From positions 118-64,117 of the forward strand of contig JBGSRK010000014.1 in assembly GCA_041737595.1 (NCBI GenBank): DNA of 64,000 nucleotides. The letters run 5' to 3'. The position numbers and the translations under genes are program-made. Source of the DNA: Patescibacteria group bacterium (GTDB lineage: Bacteria > Patescibacteriota > CPR2 > UBA1875). Positions 1 through 9,022 of this stretch are shown here, in pieces (positions within the stretch are counted from its first letter, which is position 1; each line of letters begins with the position of its first letter). The notes under the pieces were generated by a model, which was given only the letters and a program-made list of their open reading frames with translations, was not told where the DNA came from and did no database searches.

Positions 1-95
1 TTGTTCCAGTGATTGTCGGAATTGTCGTAGTTGACGTTCGCGAGTCCACCGTTGTCGGAGTTACCACCGATCAAGCGGTTCGAAGCACTCTTGAA
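1..95 (-). repeat. DGR template repeat (TR), truncated by the window edge
   Basis: Aligns without gaps to 438-532 (offset 437). There are 17 mismatches in 95 nt, 14 at TR adenines on the minus strand. TR is rich in AAC/AAT codons in the target reading frame. Confidence 0.93.
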
Positions 96-390
96 ATATT
101 ATCTTCCTTCGTCCATGCACCATGGCTTCATTGCTGTTGCCATTGTATTTTATCAGAGAGCTGCATCAGTATCAGAACCTCTCATAAAGGAAGACAAGGA
201 GTTTCTTTTCCTTCTTTTGGAAGGGAGTAACAGTCCGTCTACCAGCCGTAACCGATAAACCGATGAGACGTCACCCGTAAACATGATATATGTAAATCGT
301 GGGAATTGCTATTTTGTAGCGAAAGGCTCCGCCTTGCAAGAGCAAGACGGAGCCTTGGGATCCCAAGGAACCAAGTTCCAAGTGACCAAT

Positions 391-407
391 GTAGGCCTTC
401 GGCCTAC
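391..407 (-). promoter_or_regulatory. DGR cis-acting hairpin (GTAGGCC-GAA-GGCCTAC) at the VR 3' end
   Basis: Perfect 7-bp stem with a GAA triloop overlapping the target stop codon. GRA-loop hairpins after the VR are an established DGR retrohoming feature. Confidence 0.8.
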
Positions 408-1342
408 GCCAGAACTCCCAGAGGACGGACCGCGTGGCTGCGCCAGCGACTGCCGGAAGTGTCGTCCACGACGTTCGCGAGTCCACCGTAGTCGGAGCGA
501 CCACCGATAAAGCGGGACGAAGCACTCTTGAAGAACTCCTCGTACCAACACCAGGTGCTGGTGGTGCCGTCATCCTTGCGCGGCATGTTCATGTAGAGTT
601 GCGGGATGATGTTGGCCTCGATAGCCATCTCCAAGCGAACCTGAGTCGGCTCGAGGCCGAGGCGCTCAGCAATGGCCGCCTTCAAGTGGTCTTCCCACTC
701 GATGGAGGAGATGCCGAAGCGACTGGTCTGCGGACCGTACTGGTAGCGTGCGAGCTTACCATCCTTGCGGAGGCGGTCGATCACGCGACCCATGAAATCA
801 CGGTCCTTGGCGAACATCTGCTTGCCGTCGTTATAGTTCGGCTTCTTGCGGGTGTCGATGAGGACGACCCTTCCTGGGAGAAGGTCACCACTCGCCTTGA
901 CGAGGGTTCCATCATCGTTACGGTGATACAGGTTGCCGTTTTCGGCCTGATCCCAGTACCAGCTCTCGGGCTGGATCTTCCAGCCATCAAACGACGTGTT
1001 ACGCATGAGGACAGTCGACGGCAAGAAGTGGACTTCAAGGCCCAGCTTCTTCCACTCGGCGATCTTCGCGTAACCGTAGCGCTCGATGGTCTCCCGCATC
1101 AGCGTGAGGTCGAACTCCTGGCCAAAGAAGGCCAGGTGGGCGACACGTTCCGCGTCGAGAAGGTTCATGACCCACTCGTCGGGGATGAATGCCGAACTAC
1201 CGTTGATCGCTTGCGCGATCTTGTCCAGTGTTGCCGCGTTGTTCTTGGCAACTTTGAACACCTCCATGGTGACGCCGCGCTTTACGAGCTTGCGCTCAAA
1301 GTCGGCGCCGTCGGATAACGATTCGAACAATTTCTCAGACAT
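404..1342 (-). CDS. DGR target protein with C-terminal variable region (CLec-fold-like)
   Basis: 312 aa with SD GGAG upstream. The C-terminus WCW...RFIGG...GGLA...VRP resembles CLec-type DGR targets and contains the VR. Sampled lines are 55-62% GC. Confidence 0.88.
   Translation of the reverse strand: MSEKLFESLSDGADFERKLVKRGVTMEVFKVAKNNAATLDKIAQAINGSSAFIPDEWVMNLLDAERVAHLAFFGQEFDLTLMRETIERYGYAKIAEWKKLGLEVHFLPSTVLMRNTSFDGWKIQPESWYWDQAENGNLYHRNDDGTLVKASGDLLPGRVVLIDTRKKPNYNDGKQMFAKDRDFMGRVIDRLRKDGKLARYQYGPQTSRFGISSIEWEDHLKAAIAERLGLEPTQVRLEMAIEANIIPQLYMNMPRKDDGTTSTWCWYEEFFKSASSRFIGGRSDYGGLANVVDDTSGSRWRSHAVRPLGVLA
438..532 (-). repeat. DGR variable repeat (VR), part alignable to the visible TR
   Basis: Codon changes versus TR include AAC>TCC, AAC>CGC, AAC>TAC, AAT>ACT, GAC>GGC, AAT>AGT and CAC>CGC. 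Confidence 0.93.
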
Positions 1343-1491
1343 GTGACCATCTCCTATGGTCGTGGCATCCTCTGATGCCTCCGCTCCCTTATTGGAGCAG
1401 CAAAGAAATTACGAATTTCAATTTCATAAGTTCTTTGCCACCCCAATTTGGGATTCTGTAAATTCTGACTTGCAAGGTACAATAGTACGTG

Positions 1492-1521
1492 ATTATAGCA
1501 TAGTTTATATGGTTCTGTCAA
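1492..1521 (-). promoter_or_regulatory. Consensus sigma70 promoter upstream of the DGR target
   Basis: TTGACA-N18-TATAAT with an extended -10 TG, about 150 nt upstream of the ATG. Confidence 0.75.
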
Positions 1522-1684
1522 GATTTTTGTGGCTAACTCTACGGATTCCCACTCAAAAACACTCTCGGATTGATGGGAATGTGGAATACATTGATTTGAA
1601 AGTGTAGATGCGGACCCGTAGACCAACCTGTATCTCCACGAGTGCCGACAATAGTGCCCATTTCCACCTCTTGCCCCTTAACAA

Positions 1685-2150
1685 CACTTATTACAATAGA
1701 ATATCATTCTGGCAGAAGAAGAAAGATCAAGCCGATGTTGATCTGAAAGAGCTTTATAAATTTCGACAGTCACTTATTGAGAAGAATATTTCTGGCGTTT
1801 ACTCAGACGATATTTTCAAGGAACAAAATGCGATACTTGAGGGAAAGATAAAGGACGTTATGTTTGTAAAAAGTGATGAAGTAATGACAAAGTACAATCT
1901 TGAGTCAATTACGAAGTTTATAGAAAACAAGTTTGAAAACCTCGCTGAGACATACAAAAACTCCAACCTAGATCAGGTCAGAGCTCTTATGTGTTCGATA
2001 TTTCCATCTGGATTGCAGTGGAACTATTCGGGCTATTCGAACACCGATATTTCCCCTTTCTACAAGGGAATTATGACTATGAAAGATGGGGGTGTCTCTT
2101 TTGGTAGTCCCAACGGGAGTCGAACCCGTGTTACTAGAATGAGAATCTAG
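1685..2150 (+). pseudogene. C-terminal remnant of a site-specific (serine) recombinase reading into the tRNA-Glu 3' end
   Basis: Coiled coil followed by an 'RALMCSIFPSGL...NTDISPFY' tail like those I recall from CPR resolvase-family proteins. There is no catalytic N-terminus, and the last codons are antisense to the tRNA. The family call is from memory. Confidence 0.55.
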
Positions 2151-2176
2151 CGTCCTAACCACTAGACGATGGGACC
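2102..2176 (-). tRNA. tRNA-Glu(CTC)
   Basis: GGTCCCA acceptor, anticodon arm CTAGA-TTCTCAT-TCTAG, GGTTCGACTCC T-arm, encoded CCA. Confidence 0.97.
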
Positions 2177-2421
2177 TCGTCGGAATCATTTGTCAGGTTT
2201 GGACTTTGGCTTAAGCCAAGTCTACATTTTTTCAAGATCTCTCCTCTCCAATCAAAATCGACAGATTTTAACTAAAAAGAAACTAATTAACCAAACTGAC
2301 TTCTATAAATTTTATTGCGAAATTGATTTTAACAAAAATAACTCTCTTATTCAATCATTCAATATAATTAATAAGAAACCATCTAGAATATTTTATTAAA
2401 AAGTTAATTATAAAATAGTTA

Positions 2422-2829
2422 TTATTCGGCGAGTTCTGCTTGTTCTGTTGATAGGCCATCAAGAAACTCATTAATTTGTTTTTTTTCTTCTTCACCCATT
2501 TCAATATAACTTCCAAAAAAATCCATCCAAACAATTTCTGGTTCAACTGGCATCCCCATTTCAATGAATTCTTGATAATACCCAGTATTGTTATCTAAAT
2601 ATGACTGGAGTAATGTTGTTTTCTTTTCAATGTCTTTAATACTATATAATTTTGCTTGTAGTTCTAATATTATTTGTTGGTATTGTTCTTCTTGATCTTT
2701 TATTTCTTGGCTGGTTTCTGCAGTAATTTCAGGTAAAGCTTGTTTTAAAATATCTATTCTATCAATCTCTGCTTGTATTTCCTTATCAGTATTTATTTCT
2801 GGTGTGCCTTCTACTTCTAATCCATCCAT
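2422..2829 (-). CDS. Acidic hypothetical protein
   Basis: 135 aa ORF with SD AGGAG and a TATAAT/TAAAAG-like upstream region. Confidence 0.7.
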   Translation of the reverse strand: MDGLEVEGTPEINTDKEIQAEIDRIDILKQALPEITAETSQEIKDQEEQYQQIILELQAKLYSIKDIEKKTTLLQSYLDNNTGYYQEFIEMGMPVEPEIVWMDFFGSYIEMGEEEKKQINEFLDGLSTEQAELAE

Positions 2830-2863
2830 AATATTCTCCTTTTATAAAACTATAATATCAAAT

Positions 2864-2899
2864 AATAAAATAATCCGCCAGTTGGCGGATTATTTTATT
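2864..2899. terminator. Rho-independent terminator
   Basis: AATAAAATAATCCGCCA / TGGCGGATTATTTTATT inverted repeat. Confidence 0.75.
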
Positions 2900-2935
2900 G
2901 AAGAGATATCTCTCAAGTTCTCTTTAAATTTCGAA

Positions 2936-3082
2936 TTATGCTTTACCCATAATTCTGTACATTCCTGTACCACATTCAGGACATTTGCCCTTCATTGCTT
3001 TTCGTCCGTTTTTCATTGTTACTTCTTCTGCATCAGCCATTTCTCTTTTGGCTTTACATTTTACGCAATATCCTTCTGCCAT
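2936..3082 (-). CDS. Small zinc-ribbon protein (DUF5679-like), 48 aa, not in ORF track
   Basis: MAEGYCVKCKAKREM...GKCPECGTGMYRIMGKA with two CxxC motifs, SD AAGGAGG and a terminator downstream. Confidence 0.85.
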   Translation of the reverse strand: MAEGYCVKCKAKREMADAEEVTMKNGRKAMKGKCPECGTGMYRIMGKA

Positions 3083-3223
3083 CTTTGCCTCCTTTCAAGG
3101 TTTAGACTTAATAATACGCTTGATATAAGAATGAGCCACCGCTTTTAGCTTGTCAAGCACAATTTGTGGATAAGTAAGATAACTTGTACCCCTAAATTAT
3201 ATACTTTCCCCTTTATAAAGGTA

Positions 3224-4144
3224 TTAATTGCTTTTTTTAAATTCTGTAAAAATATCTACTGCAGCGACTGCTCCTTCGCTTGCGGCCGTAACTATTTGTC
3301 TTAAACCATTTGAATTTGTAGTAATATCTCCGGCTGCCCAAACACCTTTTACAGAGGTTTTTTGTGCCACATCTACGATAACTAGATCTTTGTCTGTTGT
3401 TTTGAGCCCTAATGATTTATAAAGTATTGTCTGAGGTGTTTGCCCAATCTCTATAAATACGCCATCTAATTTTAATTCATTTTTTTTACCTTCAAGTAAA
3501 ATACTTTCTACTTTGTCTACTCCATGAATTTCTTTAACATTTGTTTCAAATAAAATTTCTATTCTTTTATCTTTTTTTAATTTATCTTGCCAAGCTGGTT
3601 CTGCGCGGAGCTCAGGTTTTCTTACAATTAAATAAACTTTCTTTGCAATATCAGCAAGATAAAGGGCAGCAGTGACAGCAGAATCTCCACCACCAACAAC
3701 GGCAACAATTTTTTCTCTATAAAAAAATCCGTCACAAGTGGCACAATACGCAACTCCTTTACCTTCAAGTTCGTTTTCCCCTGGCACACCTAATTTATTT
3801 CTTGCCATTCCTAATGCTAAAAGAACAGATTTTGCTTGATATTCAGCGTTTCTACCTAATAAAGTAAATCCTTCTTTTGTTTTAATGATCGATTGTATAT
3901 CATCAGATTTTGGGCTTGCCCCAAAACGCCTTAGTTGATTAAGCATTCTGTCTGCAAGATCGTGTCCTGGTGTAACATCTTCAAGCCCAGGATAATTTTC
4001 AATGTCATAAGACTCTGACATATTACCACCAGGTGTTTGTCCAATTATCTCAAAATCTACTTTATATCTTGCAGCATAAATTCCAGCAGATATCCCTGCT
4101 GGTCCAGCTCCTACAATTACTAAATCATGTTTCTCTCTTTTCAT
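3224..4144 (-). CDS. trxB: Thioredoxin reductase
   Basis: GAGPAG FAD motif, CATC active site, GGGDSA NADPH motif, GD motif. Confidence 0.93.
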   Translation of the reverse strand: MKREKHDLVIVGAGPAGISAGIYAARYKVDFEIIGQTPGGNMSESYDIENYPGLEDVTPGHDLADRMLNQLRRFGASPKSDDIQSIIKTKEGFTLLGRNAEYQAKSVLLALGMARNKLGVPGENELEGKGVAYCATCDGFFYREKIVAVVGGGDSAVTAALYLADIAKKVYLIVRKPELRAEPAWQDKLKKDKRIEILFETNVKEIHGVDKVESILLEGKKNELKLDGVFIEIGQTPQTILYKSLGLKTTDKDLVIVDVAQKTSVKGVWAAGDITTNSNGLRQIVTAASEGAVAAVDIFTEFKKSN

Positions 4145-4218
4145 AATAACCTTTCTAACAACGTCTTATTATAACACAACAAATATTTTGAATTTTAAAC
4201 GAAAATTATGGCCTAATA

Positions 4219-5070
4219 CTAAGCAATCCCTGCAAACCCGAAAGACATTAATCCTAATACGACTGCAGATAAAAGTAGTGCAACTCTGAAATTAAAAAGG
4301 TGACTTCTTGAGGCGTTGAGACCTAATCTTCTAATCATTATTCCATCTACTATAATTAATCCAAAGATAAAAAACCAAAGCGCAAAATAAGGAGCCTTAG
4401 AAGGGAATGTAGTATTGTCTAATGAAAATTCTGGGATTAATTTTTGGCTACCAAGTACATTTTGTGTTTCTGAATCTTTCGCACTAGCAAAAGCAGTTTT
4501 AGGTTCACCGAAAATTTGGACAACGACTGTGGTTAAATTTCCGTTAATTTTACCACTACCAACCGCAACACCAATTTCTTGAAATCTATTATTTAAAATA
4601 TTTTCTTTGTGAGTAGGGCTATTCATCCATGCCTTAACTGTTTCGTCTGAGTTTGAAAATCCTCGGGCTAAATTTTCTCCGGCAAGTAAATATTGATATC
4701 CTGTATTCGAAACAAAATCCCATGCTGTTTCACCATTTGGTCCCGAGTGATCCCAATAATTTTTATTAAACATATCTTTGAGTTTTAATTCAGCGGCTTT
4801 GTCTAAAGTTTCATTTTCATATAGTTCATTAAGATTAATATTATCTCTCTCTTTATTCGAAAGAATAATAATGTTTTTTGCAATTGCTTTTGCATCTCCA
4901 TTCATTATTACAGGACCAGAATACATTGTTGTTCCCATCATAAATTGTGAAACGAGTAGCGCTATTGAATATAAAGATAGTGCTTTGTGACGGAAAGCAT
5001 GAGGGCGATAGGCATTCCCTTTATGAGGAACAAATAAATGTTTGAACAGTTTTTTAATTCTTTTGAGCAT
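4219..5070 (-). CDS. CAP/SCP-domain membrane protein
   Basis: H...GENLA...WMNSPTHKENI CAP motifs with TM segments at both ends. Start moved to MLKRIKK. Confidence 0.85.
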   Translation of the reverse strand: MLKRIKKLFKHLFVPHKGNAYRPHAFRHKALSLYSIALLVSQFMMGTTMYSGPVIMNGDAKAIAKNIIILSNKERDNINLNELYENETLDKAAELKLKDMFNKNYWDHSGPNGETAWDFVSNTGYQYLLAGENLARGFSNSDETVKAWMNSPTHKENILNNRFQEIGVAVGSGKINGNLTTVVVQIFGEPKTAFASAKDSETQNVLGSQKLIPEFSLDNTTFPSKAPYFALWFFIFGLIIVDGIMIRRLGLNASRSHLFNFRVALLLSAVVLGLMSFGFAGIA

Positions 5071-5434
5071 TATCCCCTGCAACTTTTTTAACTGTAGAAA
5101 ATAGTGATTCTGGAGTTGAATCAACTTTTAAAACAAACTCATCTGCACCATATGTAAGACATTTTTCTCGATTATATTTATCTCCATAGTTTGTATAAAT
5201 AACAATTGGTGTTTTAGCAGTTTTTCCATCTTGGCGTAATAACTCCAAAACCTCAATACCAGATAGGCCTGGTAACATTAAATCAAGAACAATAATGTCG
5301 GGGTTAGTTTCTTTAGCCATTTGCACCCCACCACTTCCTTCGTGGCAAATAGTAACGTTCCAGCCTTCAGATGTAAATTTTTGAGAATACATTGCAGAAA
5401 GTTGTTTATCATCTTCTATTAATAATAATTTCAT
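5054..5434 (-). CDS. Single-domain response regulator
   Basis: IEDD, LDLMLP, T and K receiver motifs. Confidence 0.9.
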   Translation of the reverse strand: MKLLLIEDDKQLSAMYSQKFTSEGWNVTICHEGSGGVQMAKETNPDIIVLDLMLPGLSGIEVLELLRQDGKTAKTPIVIYTNYGDKYNREKCLTYGADEFVLKVDSTPESLFSTVKKVAGDNAQKN

Positions 5435-5442
5435 ATAACTCC

Positions 5443-5625
5443 TTATTTTAATAAAAATAGCAGTCCAATTATTGCATGGAAAATTGCAATAATTAATAAT
5501 AAAACCCCACCAATTTTATGCCAGCTAAAAGGAACCTTAATTTTACCCAAACCAGACAAAACTTGGAAGGTTAAGTAACTTAAAATAAAGACTCCACCTA
5601 AGATAATAATATATTTTATTTGCAT
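5443..5625 (-). CDS. Small membrane protein
   Basis: 60 aa with two TM helices carrying His residues. TATAAT lies 6 nt upstream. Confidence 0.7.
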   Translation of the reverse strand: MQIKYIIILGGVFILSYLTFQVLSGLGKIKVPFSWHKIGGVLLLIIAIFHAIIGLLFLLK

Positions 5626-5659
5626 AAATATATTATAGCAAATATTAACTATTTTTACG

Positions 5660-6313
5660 TTATTTAAGAGTTCCGACTACTGGATATTTTGTGATAGATG
5701 ATTTTACATGTCTAGAATAAAAAGCATCTGTAAGATCTACTCCAGCGGGATGACCATAATGGTAACCATTTACAAAAACACTTGTAAGGTCATATACAGT
5801 TCCATCTATTGCAAGATAAGCAGGTTGATCATTTTTCCCATCATATTGGGCAAGTTCATCTGTAGTATAATATTTTTCAGTTTGAGTGTTTGAGACATTT
5901 GTTGTGGTGTCTTTAGTTATAATACTAGTAGTATTATCTATTTGAGTTGTTTGGTCTTGATTTGTAATTGCACTAACACTCTCTGTTTTTGGTTTATAAA
6001 TATATATTAAATCAACATATAAAAATCCTAAAACAAATATTAAATAGAATAATATAAGAAAAATTTTGCTAAAAATATTCCAAATTTTCCAACGCATAAA
6101 TGAAAGTCTTATCGCATAAAATGAATGTATAGTAAAAAAGATTAACCCCAAAATTGGTAAAAGATTATTATGGAGATTTGTAGCTATACTTGGGTCTATT
6201 ATTCCCTTTGTCATTCCAAAGCCACTAATAAAATAGGTAAACATAACAAAAAGCAATCCCCAGGCAGCAACCCTATCAATTTTACACATATAGTAACTCA
6301 GACATTTACTCAA
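5660..6313 (-). CDS. Membrane protein with cytochrome b5-like heme/steroid-binding domain
   Basis: TM helices, then YTTDELAQYDG...YLAIDGTVYDLT...HPAG. Confidence 0.85.
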   Translation of the reverse strand: MSKCLSYYMCKIDRVAAWGLLFVMFTYFISGFGMTKGIIDPSIATNLHNNLLPILGLIFFTIHSFYAIRLSFMRWKIWNIFSKIFLILFYLIFVLGFLYVDLIYIYKPKTESVSAITNQDQTTQIDNTTSIITKDTTTNVSNTQTEKYYTTDELAQYDGKNDQPAYLAIDGTVYDLTSVFVNGYHYGHPAGVDLTDAFYSRHVKSSITKYPVVGTLK

Positions 6314-6322
6314 TGGACCCTC

Positions 6323-6994
6323 CTATTTTTTTTCTAATTTACCATCTTTTAGTGAAAAAGTCAGATCAGTTTTGCCCGCAACAGAAAGATCATGAGTAAC
6401 AGCTACAATAGTTGTATTCTCAGAACGTGAAAGTTTGTGTAATAAATCAAAAATTATTTTTCCGGTAGCACTATCAAGATTCCCTGTTGGTTCATCTGCT
6501 AGAATTAACTTTGGTTTATTTGCAAGCGCACGAGCTATTGCTACTCTTTGTTGTTCCCCACCAGAAAGCTTTCCAGGTTTTCTATTATGTTTGTCTTTAC
6601 TTAACCCAACTTCTATTAGCAGTTTAGAAGCTCTTTCTGCTCTTTCTATTTTCTTTACATGAGCAAATTCCATGGCAATCATAATATTTTCTATAGCAGT
6701 AAGATTTGGGATTAAATTATAGTTTTGAAAAACAAAACCAATTTTTTTTGAACGGTAATCTACTTGCTGTGCTTCAGTCATTAACACAACATCTTTCCCA
6801 TCTATAATTACTTCTCCTGAAGTTGGTTTATCTAAAGCCCCAAGAATTGAAAGTAATGTACTTTTACCACTTCCACTTTTACCAATAATTGAAACAAATT
6901 TTCCTTGTGGGATACTAAGTGAAATATTATTTACAGCTTTTACAATGTTGTCGCCAGATTTATAGATTTTTGTTGCTTTTTTTACTTCTAACAT
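6323..6994 (-). CDS. ABC transporter ATP-binding protein (LolD/MacB-like)
   Basis: [28 protein letters not shown]. Confidence 0.93.
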   Translation of the reverse strand: MLEVKKATKIYKSGDNIVKAVNNISLSIPQGKFVSIIGKSGSGKSTLLSILGALDKPTSGEVIIDGKDVVLMTEAQQVDYRSKKIGFVFQNYNLIPNLTAIENIMIAMEFAHVKKIERAERASKLLIEVGLSKDKHNRKPGKLSGGEQQRVAIARALANKPKLILADEPTGNLDSATGKIIFDLLHKLSRSENTTIVAVTHDLSVAGKTDLTFSLKDGKLEKK

Positions 6995-7003
6995 ATTTAC
7001 TCC

Positions 7004-8353
7004 TTATTCCGCCCTCATTACTTCGGCGGGTCTTACTTTTGATATAAAATAGGCTGGGATTGCACTGCCAACAATTGCGATAATAAATGCAGCTAAAATT
7101 GCATACAAAATGATATCAGGACCAACATTAACTTGAATATTTTTAATATTTGTTGTTCCCATTTCCATTATTCTTCCCATACCTCTACCTGCTTGTTGGG
7201 GTGCTTGTGTTGTTGAACTACTACTATTTTGAACCAATAATTTTGTAATTGGGCTTGCACCTAAGAATCCTATAAATGTTCCGATTATCATCCCCATAGA
7301 AGTCAAGGTGATTGATTCAACTATAAATTGAGCCATCACCCTTATATTTGTAGCCCCAATTGCCTTTAGAACTCCAATTTCACGTCTTCTTTCGCGCACA
7401 ATCATCATCATTGTGAGCAAAATAATAACAGCACCAGCTATCATTGACCCAATTAAACTTATTGTAGAAATACTTTTAATATTTTCAAGTGGTTCAATAG
7501 CAGTTTTTGCTTGATCTGCTCCATTCGTAATATCTACTGAGTCTCCTAGTACATTTTTTGCTTCAGTTACTACTTCATCAATATCACTAATTGAAGCTAC
7601 GGTTACTATTGCACTTGAAATCTCTCCAGTTTGTTCAGTTAGTGTTTGAAGAGATATAAGAGGAACAATTACCTGGTTGTTGGAAAAGCTATTACCAGAA
7701 TCATAAATGCCTACCACTTTTATATCTTTGTCATATGCTGTAAATGTTGAACCTAAAACAAGAGAGTTCTTTTCAGCAAGATCCTTCCCAATGATAGAAA
7801 TATTTTCTGTTTCATCTCCATTAAATACTTCTCCTGAAGTTAATTTAAAATCACCTCCTCCAATACTTTGAGATAGATTTGTTGGATTATTTGTTCCAAG
7901 GATCATTACGGGTGGAGTAAAAGATCTTGTAGTAGAAGTTGATGTTGTCCCTTCGGTTGGTGTATCAGATGGTGGTTGTCCTCCACCAGTTTGGTTAAAT
8001 CTTTGCCCAAGTGAACCAGCATCAATTGCAGAAACTAAACTTGAATTATCCGTTGTTAATCTATTATTTAAACTCTGAATAGTACCAGTAACATTTTTTA
8101 TTTCATTAACCTTATCAATTTGAGCACTTGTTAAAGGTTCTCCTCCTCCTTCAAATCCTCTTACTCCCGCAGGAGAAATTGTTATAGTATTCCCTATTGA
8201 TGTTTTGACTGATGCAATCTTTTCATCAACCGCGTTTCTTGCAATCAACATGGTTAGGGTAAGCCCAATACTTAAACCTAAAATAAATACAATAGAAACT
8301 GTCCGAATAGAATTTCGGAAAGCATTTTTAATGCCTCTTTTAATTACCTCCAT
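7004..8353 (-). CDS. ABC transporter permease (MacB/FtsX family)
   Basis: N-terminal TM, large extracellular domain, ERRREIGVLKAIGA motif. Confidence 0.9.
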   Translation of the reverse strand: MEVIKRGIKNAFRNSIRTVSIVFILGLSIGLTLTMLIARNAVDEKIASVKTSIGNTITISPAGVRGFEGGGEPLTSAQIDKVNEIKNVTGTIQSLNNRLTTDNSSLVSAIDAGSLGQRFNQTGGGQPPSDTPTEGTTSTSTTRSFTPPVMILGTNNPTNLSQSIGGGDFKLTSGEVFNGDETENISIIGKDLAEKNSLVLGSTFTAYDKDIKVVGIYDSGNSFSNNQVIVPLISLQTLTEQTGEISSAIVTVASISDIDEVVTEAKNVLGDSVDITNGADQAKTAIEPLENIKSISTISLIGSMIAGAVIILLTMMMIVRERRREIGVLKAIGATNIRVMAQFIVESITLTSMGMIIGTFIGFLGASPITKLLVQNSSSSTTQAPQQAGRGMGRIMEMGTTNIKNIQVNVGPDIILYAILAAFIIAIVGSAIPAYFISKVRPAEVMRAE

Positions 8354-8422
8354 AAAACTCCTTTTGTTTATACTATTTATTATACGTTAAGGTTTTGAAA
8401 TATATTTCAAAAAAAGTTTAGA

Positions 8423-8980
8423 TTAGACTATTTTTAATTTTGGCCATCGTTCTAACCATTTTTTATCTTCAATACGTTTATTAAAAATGTTTTCATAATA
8501 TTTATTATTTTGATGGCATGGTGCAATAATGAGTTTAAGTTTTAATAAATCATCAATTCCCCAAGGGGCTAATAACACTACATTATCATTTTCATCTAAA
8601 GCTGCAGCGACACAGGTTGCTGTTTCTACCCAATGTGCCAATCCATCTTCGGCAGAATTATATGGTGGTACATTATTATATTTATGGGCATAAGCTTGAT
8701 TTACAATTTCCCAATTTAAATCTAATTTTTTTTTAAGCTTTTTAGACAAAATTTCATCATTTTTTTCTGAACAATTATTTTTATCAAAATATGCCAGATC
8801 TATATCCTTATATAGGTATTGTGGTTCAAAATTATGTTGAATATCCCAAACAGTATCTCTAATAAACCCAGCTCCAATAAACCAATTAGGGAGATTTGCT
8901 GATTTTGCAGTTTTTAACACGCTCATCATAAAATCACTTTGTTCTATGAAGGTTATTAAATCTTTTTTATTATTAATCAA
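8423..8980 (-). CDS. Nucleotidyltransferase family protein (DUF925-like)
   Basis: GAGFIRDTVWD, DIDLAYFD, NQA, ETAT, APWG and RWP motifs. A TTG start at 8980 is preferred because the longer ORF runs into a repeat. Confidence 0.8.
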   Translation of the reverse strand: MINNKKDLITFIEQSDFMMSVLKTAKSANLPNWFIGAGFIRDTVWDIQHNFEPQYLYKDIDLAYFDKNNCSEKNDEILSKKLKKKLDLNWEIVNQAYAHKYNNVPPYNSAEDGLAHWVETATCVAAALDENDNVVLLAPWGIDDLLKLKLIIAPCHQNNKYYENIFNKRIEDKKWLERWPKLKIV

Positions 8981-9022
8981 ATATTTATTCCTATTTTGGA
9001 TGTAATTATTTATAAAATTTAA

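Noticed and set aside
9-258. Short plus-strand ORFs over the TR
   Set aside because: They are antisense to the TR, have no SD and show no protein features.
271-573. 100-aa minus-strand ORF as a possible avd
   Set aside because: It overlaps the target C-terminus in another frame, runs through the hairpins and does not resemble a four-helix Avd.
434-1318. 294-aa plus-strand ORF
   Set aside because: Antisense shadow of the GC-rich DGR target. The promoter, SD and TR/VR logic all support the minus strand.
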